This document shows positions 39,677 through 48,286 of a stretch of 64,000 nucleotides of DNA, piece by piece (the stretch's first letter is position 1; each line of letters starts with the position of its first letter). The translations under genes were made by a program, and so were the position numbers. Source of the stretch: an uncultured delta proteobacterium (GTDB lineage: Bacteria > Myxococcota_A > UBA9160 > UBA4427); assembly GCA_963822965.1 (NCBI GenBank), contig CAWGJT010000006.1, positions 32,001-96,000 of the forward strand. The letters are read 5' to 3'. Under the pieces are notes generated by a model. The model was not told where the DNA came from and did not search any database. It saw only the letters and a program-made list of their open reading frames with translations.

Positions 39677-41164
39677 ATGACGGAGAACCTCCGCCAGCGC
39701 ATTCAGGCCAGCCCGCGCTATCCGGGCTGGGTCCTGTTCGCGTGCCTCACGGGCATGTTCGCCACCACCTTCACCATCACGATCCTCGGCGTCTCGCTGG
39801 CGGTGATCGCCGACGACCTGGGATCGACGCCCGCCGTGGTCGCGTGGACGATCACCGCCCCCATGCTGGTGCAGGCCCTGGCGCTCCCGATCCTGGGCAA
39901 GCTGGGCGATCTCTACGGGCACCGCCGCGTCTACCTCGTGGGATTCGCGCTCGCCGCCGCCGCGGCGCTGGCGACGGCCGCCGCCTGGGACGCCACAAGC
40001 CTGATCACCATCCGCACCCTGGGGCAGCTCACCGGTACGGCCACCATGCCCGCCTCGACGGCCCTGCTCTTCAGCGTCTACCGCCCCGAGCAGCGCGTGA
40101 AAGCGATGGGCTGGGTGAGCCTCGTGTCCGCCGGCGCGCCCGTCTTCGGCCTCGCCATCGGCGGGCTGATGGTGGACACCCTGGGCTGGCGGCCGCTCTT
40201 CGTGATCCAGGCGGTGCTGTCGGCGATCGCGCTGATGTTCGCGACGATCGTGCTCAAGGAGACCCGGCGCCAGGAGGGCATCTCCCTCGACATTCCCGGC
40301 GCCGTGCTGCTGGCCGTCGCCGCGTCCGCGTTCACCTTCGGCATCAACCGGCTGCCGATCTGGGGCGTCCGGCATCCCGGCGTGCTGGTGCCCCTGGCGA
40401 TCGTCCCTTTCGCGCTGCTGGCGTTCGTACGGGCGGAGCGGCGCAGCAGCCACCCCCTCGTCCCGCTGGAGTTCTTCTCGCGTCGCAACTTCACGTTTCC
40501 GCTGCTGAGCGGCTTCTTCGTGCAGTTCGCCTACATGGGCGGCTTCATCATCAGCCCGCTGCTGCTGCTGCAGGTGTTCGGCTACTCGGCCACTGCCACG
40601 TCCTTCCTGACGATGCTGCGACCCGTGACGTTCAGCCTGTCGTCGCCCGTGGGCGGATCCATCGCCACCCGCATCGGCGAGCGCACCATGGTGGTGGTGG
40701 GATCCGGGACGATCGTGCTGGCCATGGCGAGCTTCGCGCTCGGCGCCGCCCACGAATCGATCTTCCTGATCGGCGGCGGGCTGATGATCGCGGGGCTGGG
40801 GCTCGGGATCGGACAGCCGTCCATCGCCGCCATCGTCGGCAACAGCGTCGACGACCACAGCTTCGGCGTCGCGAGCTCCGCCGTACAGATGGCCGGCTCC
40901 ATCGGCGCGGTGTCCGGAATCAGCGTGCTCACGGCGCTCACCGCGGACGCGACCCATACCGACGTGTTCGTGAACGGCTACGGGGTGGGCGCCGGCATGG
41001 CCGCCATCGGCTTCGCGGCGAGCTTCTTCACCCAGGGGCGCCGCGCCGCTGCGCGCGCCCGCGGCCCCGTCGTCATCGACCCGCTGGAGGCAGCCCTGCT
41101 GGAAGCGGCGGCGCTGGACGCTCCGCCGGCCGAGCGCGAGCGGGGTCGACCCGGGCCCGGCTGA
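39677..41164 (+). CDS. MFS transporter (DHA2/EmrB-like)
   Basis: GKLGDLYGHRRVY motif A, LGWRPLF, about 14 hydrophobic segments. Confidence 0.92.
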   Translation: MTENLRQRIQASPRYPGWVLFACLTGMFATTFTITILGVSLAVIADDLGSTPAVVAWTITAPMLVQALALPILGKLGDLYGHRRVYLVGFALAAAAALATAAAWDATSLITIRTLGQLTGTATMPASTALLFSVYRPEQRVKAMGWVSLVSAGAPVFGLAIGGLMVDTLGWRPLFVIQAVLSAIALMFATIVLKETRRQEGISLDIPGAVLLAVAASAFTFGINRLPIWGVRHPGVLVPLAIVPFALLAFVRAERRSSHPLVPLEFFSRRNFTFPLLSGFFVQFAYMGGFIISPLLLLQVFGYSATATSFLTMLRPVTFSLSSPVGGSIATRIGERTMVVVGSGTIVLAMASFALGAAHESIFLIGGGLMIAGLGLGIGQPSIAAIVGNSVDDHSFGVASSAVQMAGSIGAVSGISVLTALTADATHTDVFVNGYGVGAGMAAIGFAASFFTQGRRAAARARGPVVIDPLEAALLEAAALDAPPAERERGRPGPG

Positions 41165-41236
41165 GCGGCCTCCCAAGAGGACAACGCTCAGTTGTCCTCA
41201 GGTTGCAGGTCAGCGCCCCTGCCGGGCGCTGACCGC

Positions 41237-42083
41237 TCAGGTGACGATGCGGTAGAGCACGGTCCCGCGGGCCACCACCCGGCCGTCGGCGCCGCCCGCC
41301 ACCTCGACGTCCGCCCAGAAGCCGTCGCCGTCGCGCTGCACCAGGCGACCGTAGGCCACCAGGTCCTGCTTGCGGGGCGGCGCCAGGATCTGCGCCTGGA
41401 GCGCCGGCGTCGAGGCCTTGTAGGGCCCGGGCCCGGTCTCCGCCCAGGCCGCCATGGCCCCGGTGGTGTCGAGCAGCGCCAGCACCGCGCCTTCGTGCAC
41501 ACCGCCGGCCGGCGTCGGCGTTCGCCTCCGAGAACGGCATGACGATGCGCGAGTGGGCGTTCGTCATGTGCTGGACCACCAGACCTCGTGCCTTCGTGAA
41601 CGGCATCTTGCCGACATGCGGCCCCATGGTCCCCGGATCGGAAGCGCCGTCGTCACCCGCGCTGACGCGAAGCACCGCCGCCGGTGCCCCGAAGCGTCCG
41701 CGCACCATGCTCGTCGAGTGCGCGATGGACTTGCCGTCCGCGGTGGCCACGTCCACCTCGACGAAGCACATGTTCTTGCCCCGTCGCAGCAGGGTTCCCG
41801 TCGCCCGTACGTCCTCGCCGATGGCGGCGGCGAGATAGCTCACCTGCAGGCCGGCGGTATGGAACGGCGCGGCCTCCACCCCCAGCGCCGCCCGGGTCAC
41901 CGCCTGGCCCGCGATGATCGCGAGGGACGCCGCACAGCCCCCGTGCAGGGCCTTGCCGGGGTTCGAGTTGACGTCGTCGTAGGGCAGCTCGAGGGTCACG
42001 CCCGTCTCCGAGAGCTTCTCGCAGCGCACGCCCAGCGCGACCGAGTACGGCGAGCCCTCCACCCAGCCCTGGATCTCGTCCAT
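41237..42083 (-). CDS. PaaI-like double hot-dog thioesterase, frameshift near 41508
   Basis: NSNPGKALHGG in the first domain; HEGAVLALLDTTG in the second domain in another frame. Confidence 0.85.
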
Positions 42084-42109
42084 CTCCCCTCCCCTCCTGG
42101 CCGCGTCCC

Positions 42110-43211
42110 TCAGCCCCTTCCGGGCAGCAGGCACGAGTGGATCGATTCCTGCCCCGGAATCTGGCGCGCCAGGGTCTGGATGGCGACCTCGGCCTCCCGC
42201 AGATCGAAGTCGTGCGTGTGCATCTTCGGCGATCTTCGAGCTTCCCGACTCGATCAAGCGGATGGCGCTCCGGTAGCCGGTGGACGTCACGCCGATGGCG
42301 CCGCGCAGCTGGATCTCCTTCAGCACGATCTTGTCCGAGACGAAGTCGGGGATCGGCTGGAAGCCCTTGACGCCCGCAAGCACCACCGTGCCGCCCATGC
42401 GCACGTAGTCGAGGGACTCGGCGACCGGGCGGGTCGCATACGACGAGACGTCCACCACGACGTCGACGCCCCGGCCGTCGGTCAGCTCCCGAACGCGCTG
42501 CTTCACGTTCTCGTTGTCGACGTCGATCGTCTCGTCCGCGCCGAAGCGGCGCGCGAGCGCGAGCTTGCGGGCATCCGCGGCGAGGCCGGTCACGAAGATG
42601 CGATCGGCCCCCGCCTCGCGGCAGGCGATCACGCTGGCGAGGCCCCGCTGTCCCGGGCCGAGGATCAACACCGTGTCGCCCGGGCCGGTCCCGGGGATCT
42701 CCACCGCCCAACGGAAGCCGGCGCCCAACGGATTGAACAGCACGGCGATCTCGGGCGGCAGCTTCGGGTCCACCTTGTGGACGATGCTGTTCGCGTCCAG
42801 AAACATGTGCTCCGCGTAGGCGCCCCACAGGCCGGGCGGCTCGTCCAGCGGGATGTAGGAGTAGATGCGGCGCGAGCGGCACAGGTGGTAGTCGCCCCCG
42901 AGACAGGGACCACAGAAGCGGCACGAGAGCATGGTCTCCACCGCCACCCGGTCGCCCACGTCGACGCCCCAGCGACGGGCGGCGGCGTCGCCGATCCGCT
43001 CGATGACGCCCAGCGGCTCGTGGCCCGGGATCACCGGCATGGGGGTTCGCAGCACGCCCTCGTACTGCTCGTAGTCGCTGCCGCAGATGCCGCAAGCCTC
43101 GATCCGCAGCAGCGCCGTGTCGTCCGTGATGTCGGGAATCGGCAGCTCGCGGGGCTCGAGGGTACGCGGGGCCGTCTGCACCATCGCCAGGGTCGTGCGG
43201 AGACGGGTCAC
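42110..43211 (-). CDS. Zinc-dependent alcohol dehydrogenase (MDR family), frameshift near 42228
   Basis: CGICGSD, PGHE, CRFCGPC..C, GPGQRG; C-terminus MHTHDFDLREA...LLPGRG* continues in another frame. Confidence 0.9.
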
Positions 43212-43360
43212 GTGTCGCGCTCTCCTGCGGCTCTCGCCTGGGCTCGATTCCGGCCCCCGGCGGGCGACGCTTCGCCCGGCTCGGAAGGTCCCGTATTGTG
43301 TCCGACCCGTGCGGGCGCGGCAAAGCGCCGGCGCCGTGCGGCGGCGGGAGGACCCTCGTC

Positions 43361-44320
43361 TTGCGCTTCGAGCTGTTCGCCGAGGTGCGCTGGCCGCCCG
43401 AGGGCGCCGCGACGGCGCCCCGGGACGCGCTCGCCGGCGCGGAGGCCGAGGGTTGGGACGGCGTCTGGCTCGGGGGCACCTCGATCCGGCACGGTGCGCA
43501 GGGCGCGGACGCGGAGAGCGGAATCGAGCCCGATCTCCACCTGCTCGCCGCCCAGCTCGCAGCGACCACCCGCCGGGTGCGGATCGGCGTCGCGGCCACC
43601 GTGGGACCGGGCTTCCACCCGCTGCATCTCGCCGAGGAGATCGCGATGCTCGACATCCTCTCGGGCGGTCGTCTCGACTGGGCGATCGGCGCGCCGGAGG
43701 GTGGCGGCGCGGTCTTCGAAGAGCAGCTCGACGTCGCCCTGCGGGCCCTCACCGGAGAGCGCTTCGCCTACGCCGGCAAGACCTTCCGGATCCCCGAGCT
43801 CGCCTGCCTGCCGAGACCGGTGCAGCGCCCGCCGCCGACGCCCTGGATCGTCGCCCGCTCGCCTGCGGCCGTCGCAGCGGCCGGCGCCCGCGGCCTGCCG
43901 CTCTGGATCGGACCGTTCCAGACCGGGGACGAGATCGCCGACAGCGTTCGCATCCACCGGGAAGCCGCCCGCGCCGCGGGACAGGCGACGGAGCTGCCCG
44001 CGCCGGCGATCGTACGCTTCGTGCACGTGGCGGAGCGCAGCGACCGCGCGCGGGAAGCCGCCATCCGGGCGCTCGCCGCCGCGCAGCAGCGATGGGGCGC
44101 CGGAAGCCGAAGCGCCCGCGAGCTGCTCGAGGACTGCGCGATCGTGGGCGACGAGGCGGAGTGCCGCCGACGAATCGACGACCTGCGCGGGACCCTCGGC
44201 TCCTGGCGCCTCGTCGCCTGGGTGGACGGGACGGGGCTCGATCCGGCGGCCGTCCGCGCCTGCCGGGAGCGCCTCCTCGCCGGCGTCGCGCCGCGCTTTC
44301 GCGCCACTGCGGGCGGCTGA
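43361..44320 (+). CDS. Luciferase-like (LLM) flavin-dependent oxidoreductase, divergent
   Basis: TTG after GGGAGG; AATTRRVRIG, HPLHLAEEIAMLDILSGGRL, PRPVQRP. Confidence 0.85.
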   Translation: MRFELFAEVRWPPEGAATAPRDALAGAEAEGWDGVWLGGTSIRHGAQGADAESGIEPDLHLLAAQLAATTRRVRIGVAATVGPGFHPLHLAEEIAMLDILSGGRLDWAIGAPEGGGAVFEEQLDVALRALTGERFAYAGKTFRIPELACLPRPVQRPPPTPWIVARSPAAVAAAGARGLPLWIGPFQTGDEIADSVRIHREAARAAGQATELPAPAIVRFVHVAERSDRAREAAIRALAAAQQRWGAGSRSARELLEDCAIVGDEAECRRRIDDLRGTLGSWRLVAWVDGTGLDPAAVRACRERLLAGVAPRFRATAGG

Positions 44321-44410
44321 CGGCGCACCCCGGATCCGCTACCCAATTGGTCCCCTACGAGGCCCGGGAGATCGGGCCCCAAGCGCCCGCAACCACGAGG
44401 ACGACCCATC

Positions 44411-45247
44411 ATGCCCATCGATCCGAGCGCCGTCGGCGCCACCGGCGATCCCGTCAAGCGATCCTGGACCTCCAAGGACTGCCTCCTCTATGCCCTCGGC
44501 GTCGGAGCCGGTCTCGACGACCTGCAGTTCACCACCGAGAACACGCAGAACACACCCCAGCGTGTGCTGCCGACCTTCGCCGTCATCATCGGCGGCGGAG
44601 GCGCCCCCTTCGGCAAGATCGGCACGTTCAACCCCGCCATGCTCGTGCACGGCGAGCAGGCCATCGAGCTGTTCGACGAGATTCCGCCGGAGGGCGAGAT
44701 CGAGAGCACGGGACGCATCTCGGCCATCTGGGACAAGGGCAAGGGCGCGGTCGTCGAGATGACCTCCGAGTCGAAGCTCGTCTCCACCGGCAAGCCGCTG
44801 CTCAAGACCGTGATGTCGGCGTTCATCCGCGGCGAGGGTGGGTTCGGCGGCGAGCGCGGACCCTCGGCGTCGTTCGAGGTGCCGACCCGCAAGCCCGACC
44901 ACCGCGTGAGCTACGAGACGCGCGCCGATCAGGCGCTCCTGTACCGGCTCTCCGGCGACCGCAACCCGCTCCACTCCGACCCGGCGTTCGCCAAGATGGG
45001 CGGCTTCGACCGCCCGATCCTCCACGGGCTCTGCACCTACGGCTTCACGGGTCGGGCGCTCCTGCAGTCCCTGTGCGACAACGACCCGGCCCGCTTCCGG
45101 TCCATGTACGGTCGCTTCTCGAAGCCGGTTCTCCCCGGCGACACCCTCGCCATCGACATGTGGGTGGACGGGAACGAGTGCACGTTCCAGACCAAGAACC
45201 AGGGCGGCGACGTGGTGATCGACTGCGGGAAGGCGACGTTCTCCTGA
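44411..45247 (+). CDS. MaoC-family (R)-enoyl-CoA hydratase/dehydratase
   Basis: LYALGVG, LVHGEQ, YRLSGDRNPLHSDP, ILHGLCTYG. Confidence 0.95.
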   Translation: MPIDPSAVGATGDPVKRSWTSKDCLLYALGVGAGLDDLQFTTENTQNTPQRVLPTFAVIIGGGGAPFGKIGTFNPAMLVHGEQAIELFDEIPPEGEIESTGRISAIWDKGKGAVVEMTSESKLVSTGKPLLKTVMSAFIRGEGGFGGERGPSASFEVPTRKPDHRVSYETRADQALLYRLSGDRNPLHSDPAFAKMGGFDRPILHGLCTYGFTGRALLQSLCDNDPARFRSMYGRFSKPVLPGDTLAIDMWVDGNECTFQTKNQGGDVVIDCGKATFS

Positions 45248-45276
45248 ACGCGCACCTCCTGGACGCGTGCTCGGGA

Positions 45277-45304
45277 CGGGGGTCGGCCGCGCGGCCGACC
45301 CCCG
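45277..45304. terminator. Perfect 28-bp palindrome between convergent genes (possible bidirectional terminator)
   Basis: CGGGGGTCGGCCGCGCGGCCGACCCCCG; no U-tract. Confidence 0.55.
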
Positions 45305-45323
45305 CCCCGGAGCGTCCGCTCGG

Positions 45324-45366
45324 CTAGGAGCCTGACCCAAGATTTCGTCTCGGGTCGCGCTCCTAG
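45324..45366 (+). repeat. Palindromic REP/MITE-like element, copy 2, bounded by CTAG
   Basis: CTAG-GAGCCTGACCCAAGA-TTTCG-TCTCGGGTCGCGCTC-CTAG. Confidence 0.8.
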
Positions 45367-46736
45367 GGCCAGATGCCCCGTTCGAGGGCAACCGACGTCA
45401 CCCGGGCGATGGCGAGCACGTAGGCTGCCGTGCGCAGGTCGACGGGCTCGAGCGGCATGTCGGGCACCGGACGTCGCTTGCGCGTCTCCTCCAGCGCCGA
45501 GCGCAGCGCGGGGATGCCCGCGACGAGCTCCGACTGCTTCGTGAGACACGCCTCGGTGGCGCGCACGAGCTTGCGATGCAGCTTGTGGTTCACCTCGTCC
45601 AGGTCCCACTGCTCGTTCTCGGTGTTCTGCACCCACTCGAAGTAGCTCACGATGACGCCGCCCGCGTTGGCGAGGATGTCGGGCACGACGACGACGCCGC
45701 GCTCGGCGAGAATGCGGTCGGCCGCCGGGGTCGTCGGACCGTTCGCGCCCTCGACGACGAGCCGGGCCGACACCCGGCCCGCGTTGTCTCCCCGGATCTG
45801 TCCCCCCACGGCGGCCGGCACCAGGATGTCGCACGGGAGCTCGAGCAGCTCCGCGTTCGTGACCGTCGACGTCCCCGGGGCGCCGGTCACCGTGCCCGCC
45901 TCCTCCCGCTGCCTGCGTAGCGCCTCGAGGTCGAGGCCCTTCTCGTCGAAGACGCCGCCGCGGTGGTCGCTCACCCCGACGATCACCGCGCCCTGCTCCT
46001 GGAAGAGCGACGCCACGTGGCGGCCTACGTTGCCGAAGCCCTGCACGACCAGGCGCGCGCCCGACACCGTCAGGCCGGGAACCACGCCGCGCCGCAGGAT
46101 CTCCTGGGTCACGTAGAGCACGCCGCGGCCGGTCGCCTCCCGGCGTCCCTCGGAGCCCCCGATGTCCACCGGCTTGCCGGTGACCACCGGCAGGTTGTTG
46201 CGGCCCGGGTGGAGCGCGTCGTAGGTGTCGTACACCCACGCCATGGTGCGCGCGTCGGTGTTCATGTCCGGTGCCGGAATGTCGGTCTGGGGCCCGATGA
46301 GGTCCCCGAGCTCCGAGATGTAGCGCCGGGTGATGTGGCGGAGGTCGTCTTCGGTGAGCGCCTTCGGGTCGCACGCCACCCCGCCCTTGGCCCCGCCGAA
46401 GGGCACGTCGACGACCGCGCACTTCCAGGTCATCCAGGAGGCCAGGGCACGAACCTCGTCCGCCGTGACGTCGGGGTGGTAGCGGATGCCTCCCTTGCCC
46501 GGGCCACGAATCCGGCTGTGGAGCACCCGGTGGCCCGTGAACATGCGCACCTCGCCGTCCGCGGTCAGCACGGGGAACTCGACGGTCGTGATGCGCCGGG
46601 GGCGCTTGAAGAACTCGACGAAGCCCGTCCTCAGATCCGGCAGGTAGCAGGTGGCGCGATCGAACTGCTGCCGGGCGATCTGGTAGGGGTTGAGATCCTC
46701 GGACCCGGTCTCCGGGGCCACGCCGTCTTCTGCCAT
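45363..46736 (-). CDS. Glu/Leu/Phe/Val dehydrogenase (glutamate dehydrogenase-like)
   Basis: GPGKGGIRY, MTWKCA..PFGGAKGG, DIPAPD, VTGKP, QGFGNVG, EGANGP, ANAGGV. Confidence 0.95.
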   Translation of the reverse strand: MAEDGVAPETGSEDLNPYQIARQQFDRATCYLPDLRTGFVEFFKRPRRITTVEFPVLTADGEVRMFTGHRVLHSRIRGPGKGGIRYHPDVTADEVRALASWMTWKCAVVDVPFGGAKGGVACDPKALTEDDLRHITRRYISELGDLIGPQTDIPAPDMNTDARTMAWVYDTYDALHPGRNNLPVVTGKPVDIGGSEGRREATGRGVLYVTQEILRRGVVPGLTVSGARLVVQGFGNVGRHVASLFQEQGAVIVGVSDHRGGVFDEKGLDLEALRRQREEAGTVTGAPGTSTVTNAELLELPCDILVPAAVGGQIRGDNAGRVSARLVVEGANGPTTPAADRILAERGVVVVPDILANAGGVIVSYFEWVQNTENEQWDLDEVNHKLHRKLVRATEACLTKQSELVAGIPALRSALEETRKRRPVPDMPLEPVDLRTAAYVLAIARVTSVALERGIWP

Positions 46737-46877
46737 CGCCTCCTCCTCGGGCCTCGAATCTCGAGCGGAGCGTCCGCCCCACCGGCGAGAATCCCGTATC
46801 GTCAGGGTAGTTCAGCGGGGCGCGAGCGGAGCCGAGCCGGGATGTGCCCCACGGCGGACGCGAGGAGGGCTGGCCCG

Positions 46878-48050
46878 ATGGGCCTCGCGAGCGAGATCCT
46901 GTGCCTGAACTGCGGGTCGTCCTCGCTGAAGTTCGCCCTCTATACGGTGCACGGCGGCGGCGAGTCCCTGCGTGCGGGCGGCGCGGTCGAGGGAATCGGC
47001 CTCGGCACCGGCGCGCTCGAGATCCGCGACGAAGACGGCCGCGTGCTCGGCACCTCGCAGGACGACTCTTCCGACCACGACGCCGCCCTGCAGCTGCTCT
47101 TCCAGACTCTGCGCGAGCGGGGCCTCTCGCAGATCGACGCCGCCGGCCACCGGGTGGTGCACGGCGGCCCCGACCGGAACGGACCGGCGAGGATCGACGC
47201 CGCGCTCCTCGACGAGCTACGGGCGCGCTTCCCCCTGGCGCCGCTGCATCTGCCCCAGGAGCTTCGCGTGATCGAGGCGACGGCAGCCCGCTGGCCCGCC
47301 CTGCCCCAGGTGGCCTGCTTCGACACCGCGTTCCACCGGGACATGCCCGAGGTCTCGAGACGGCTGCCCCTTCCCCGAAGCCTCTTCGACGACGGGGTCC
47401 AGCGCTACGGCTTCCACGGGCTCTCCTACGAGTACGTCCGCGACGCGCTCGGCGACGACGTGAAGGGCCGGGTGATCATCGCCCACCTGGGCAACGGATC
47501 GAGCCTCGTGGCGCTGCGGGACGGCCGTCCGATCGACACGACCATGGGCTTCACGCCGACGGGCGGCGTCATGATGGGGACCCGGACGGGCGACCTCGAC
47601 CCGGGCGTGCTCCTCCACCTGCAAGACCATCGCGGCTGGGACGCCGCCCGGCTCGCGCGGCTCGTCAACCACGAGGCCGGCCTGCTGGGGGTCTCCGGCG
47701 CGAGCGCCGACATGCGCCGGCTGCTCGAGCTGCGGACGCACGACCCCCACGCGGACCAGGCCGTCCGCATGTTCTGTCGCTCGATCCGCCGGGCCATCGG
47801 GGCCCTGGCCACCGAGCTCGGCGGGGTCGACCTGCTGGTCTTCACCGGAGGCATCGGCGAGCACGCAGAGCCCGTACGCCGGGAGATCTGCCAGGGACTC
47901 GCCCACCTCGGGGTGCGCCTCGACCGCGACCCGGGCGCCTCGGCTCGCGCGCCGGCTCCGGCGCCCTGCCGGGTCCTCGTCGTGCCCACCGACGAGAACC
48001 GCGTGATCGCCCGACAGACCCGGCGGGTCGTCTTCGACGCCGGCCCCTAG
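46878..48050 (+). CDS. ackA: Acetate/propionate kinase
   Basis: LNCGSSSLKF, GHRVVHGG, APLH, FDTAFH, RYGFHGLSY, HLGNGSS, GTRTGDLDPG, FTGGIGE, PTDE. Confidence 0.96.
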   Translation: MGLASEILCLNCGSSSLKFALYTVHGGGESLRAGGAVEGIGLGTGALEIRDEDGRVLGTSQDDSSDHDAALQLLFQTLRERGLSQIDAAGHRVVHGGPDRNGPARIDAALLDELRARFPLAPLHLPQELRVIEATAARWPALPQVACFDTAFHRDMPEVSRRLPLPRSLFDDGVQRYGFHGLSYEYVRDALGDDVKGRVIIAHLGNGSSLVALRDGRPIDTTMGFTPTGGVMMGTRTGDLDPGVLLHLQDHRGWDAARLARLVNHEAGLLGVSGASADMRRLLELRTHDPHADQAVRMFCRSIRRAIGALATELGGVDLLVFTGGIGEHAEPVRREICQGLAHLGVRLDRDPGASARAPAPAPCRVLVVPTDENRVIARQTRRVVFDAGP

Positions 48051-48205
48051 GCTCCCGCCGCCGGCTCCACCGGCCAGCGCCAGTTGCGCACCTCGGGAAG
48101 ATCCTCTCCGTGCTCGCGGATGGCGACCACGAGGTCGGGATTGTCGAACGCGACGCCGAAGGCGTGCATCCGCGTCTTCAGGTCGGACGAGATGGGCTCG
48201 GCCAT
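48047..48205 (-). pseudogene. xfp: 52-aa in-frame remnant of phosphoketolase (Xfp) joined from N-terminal, internal and C-terminal pieces
   Basis: GGGAGG upstream of ATG: MAEPISSDLKTRM-HAFGVAFDNPDLVVA-IREHGEDLPEVRNWRWPVEPAAGA*. Confidence 0.85.
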
Positions 48206-48286
48206 GGCGTGGTGGATCCTCCCAGCAAAGTGCGACGGGGACGTCTCCGCGGCGCGGCCCCGGAGACGTCCCCGTCCGTGTTCCCG

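Noticed and set aside
41073..43211. ADH-thioesterase fusion protein as shown in the ORF track
   Set aside because: Produced by a frameshift near 42228; the ADH has its own stop at 42110 and the thioesterase its own SD and ATG at 42083.
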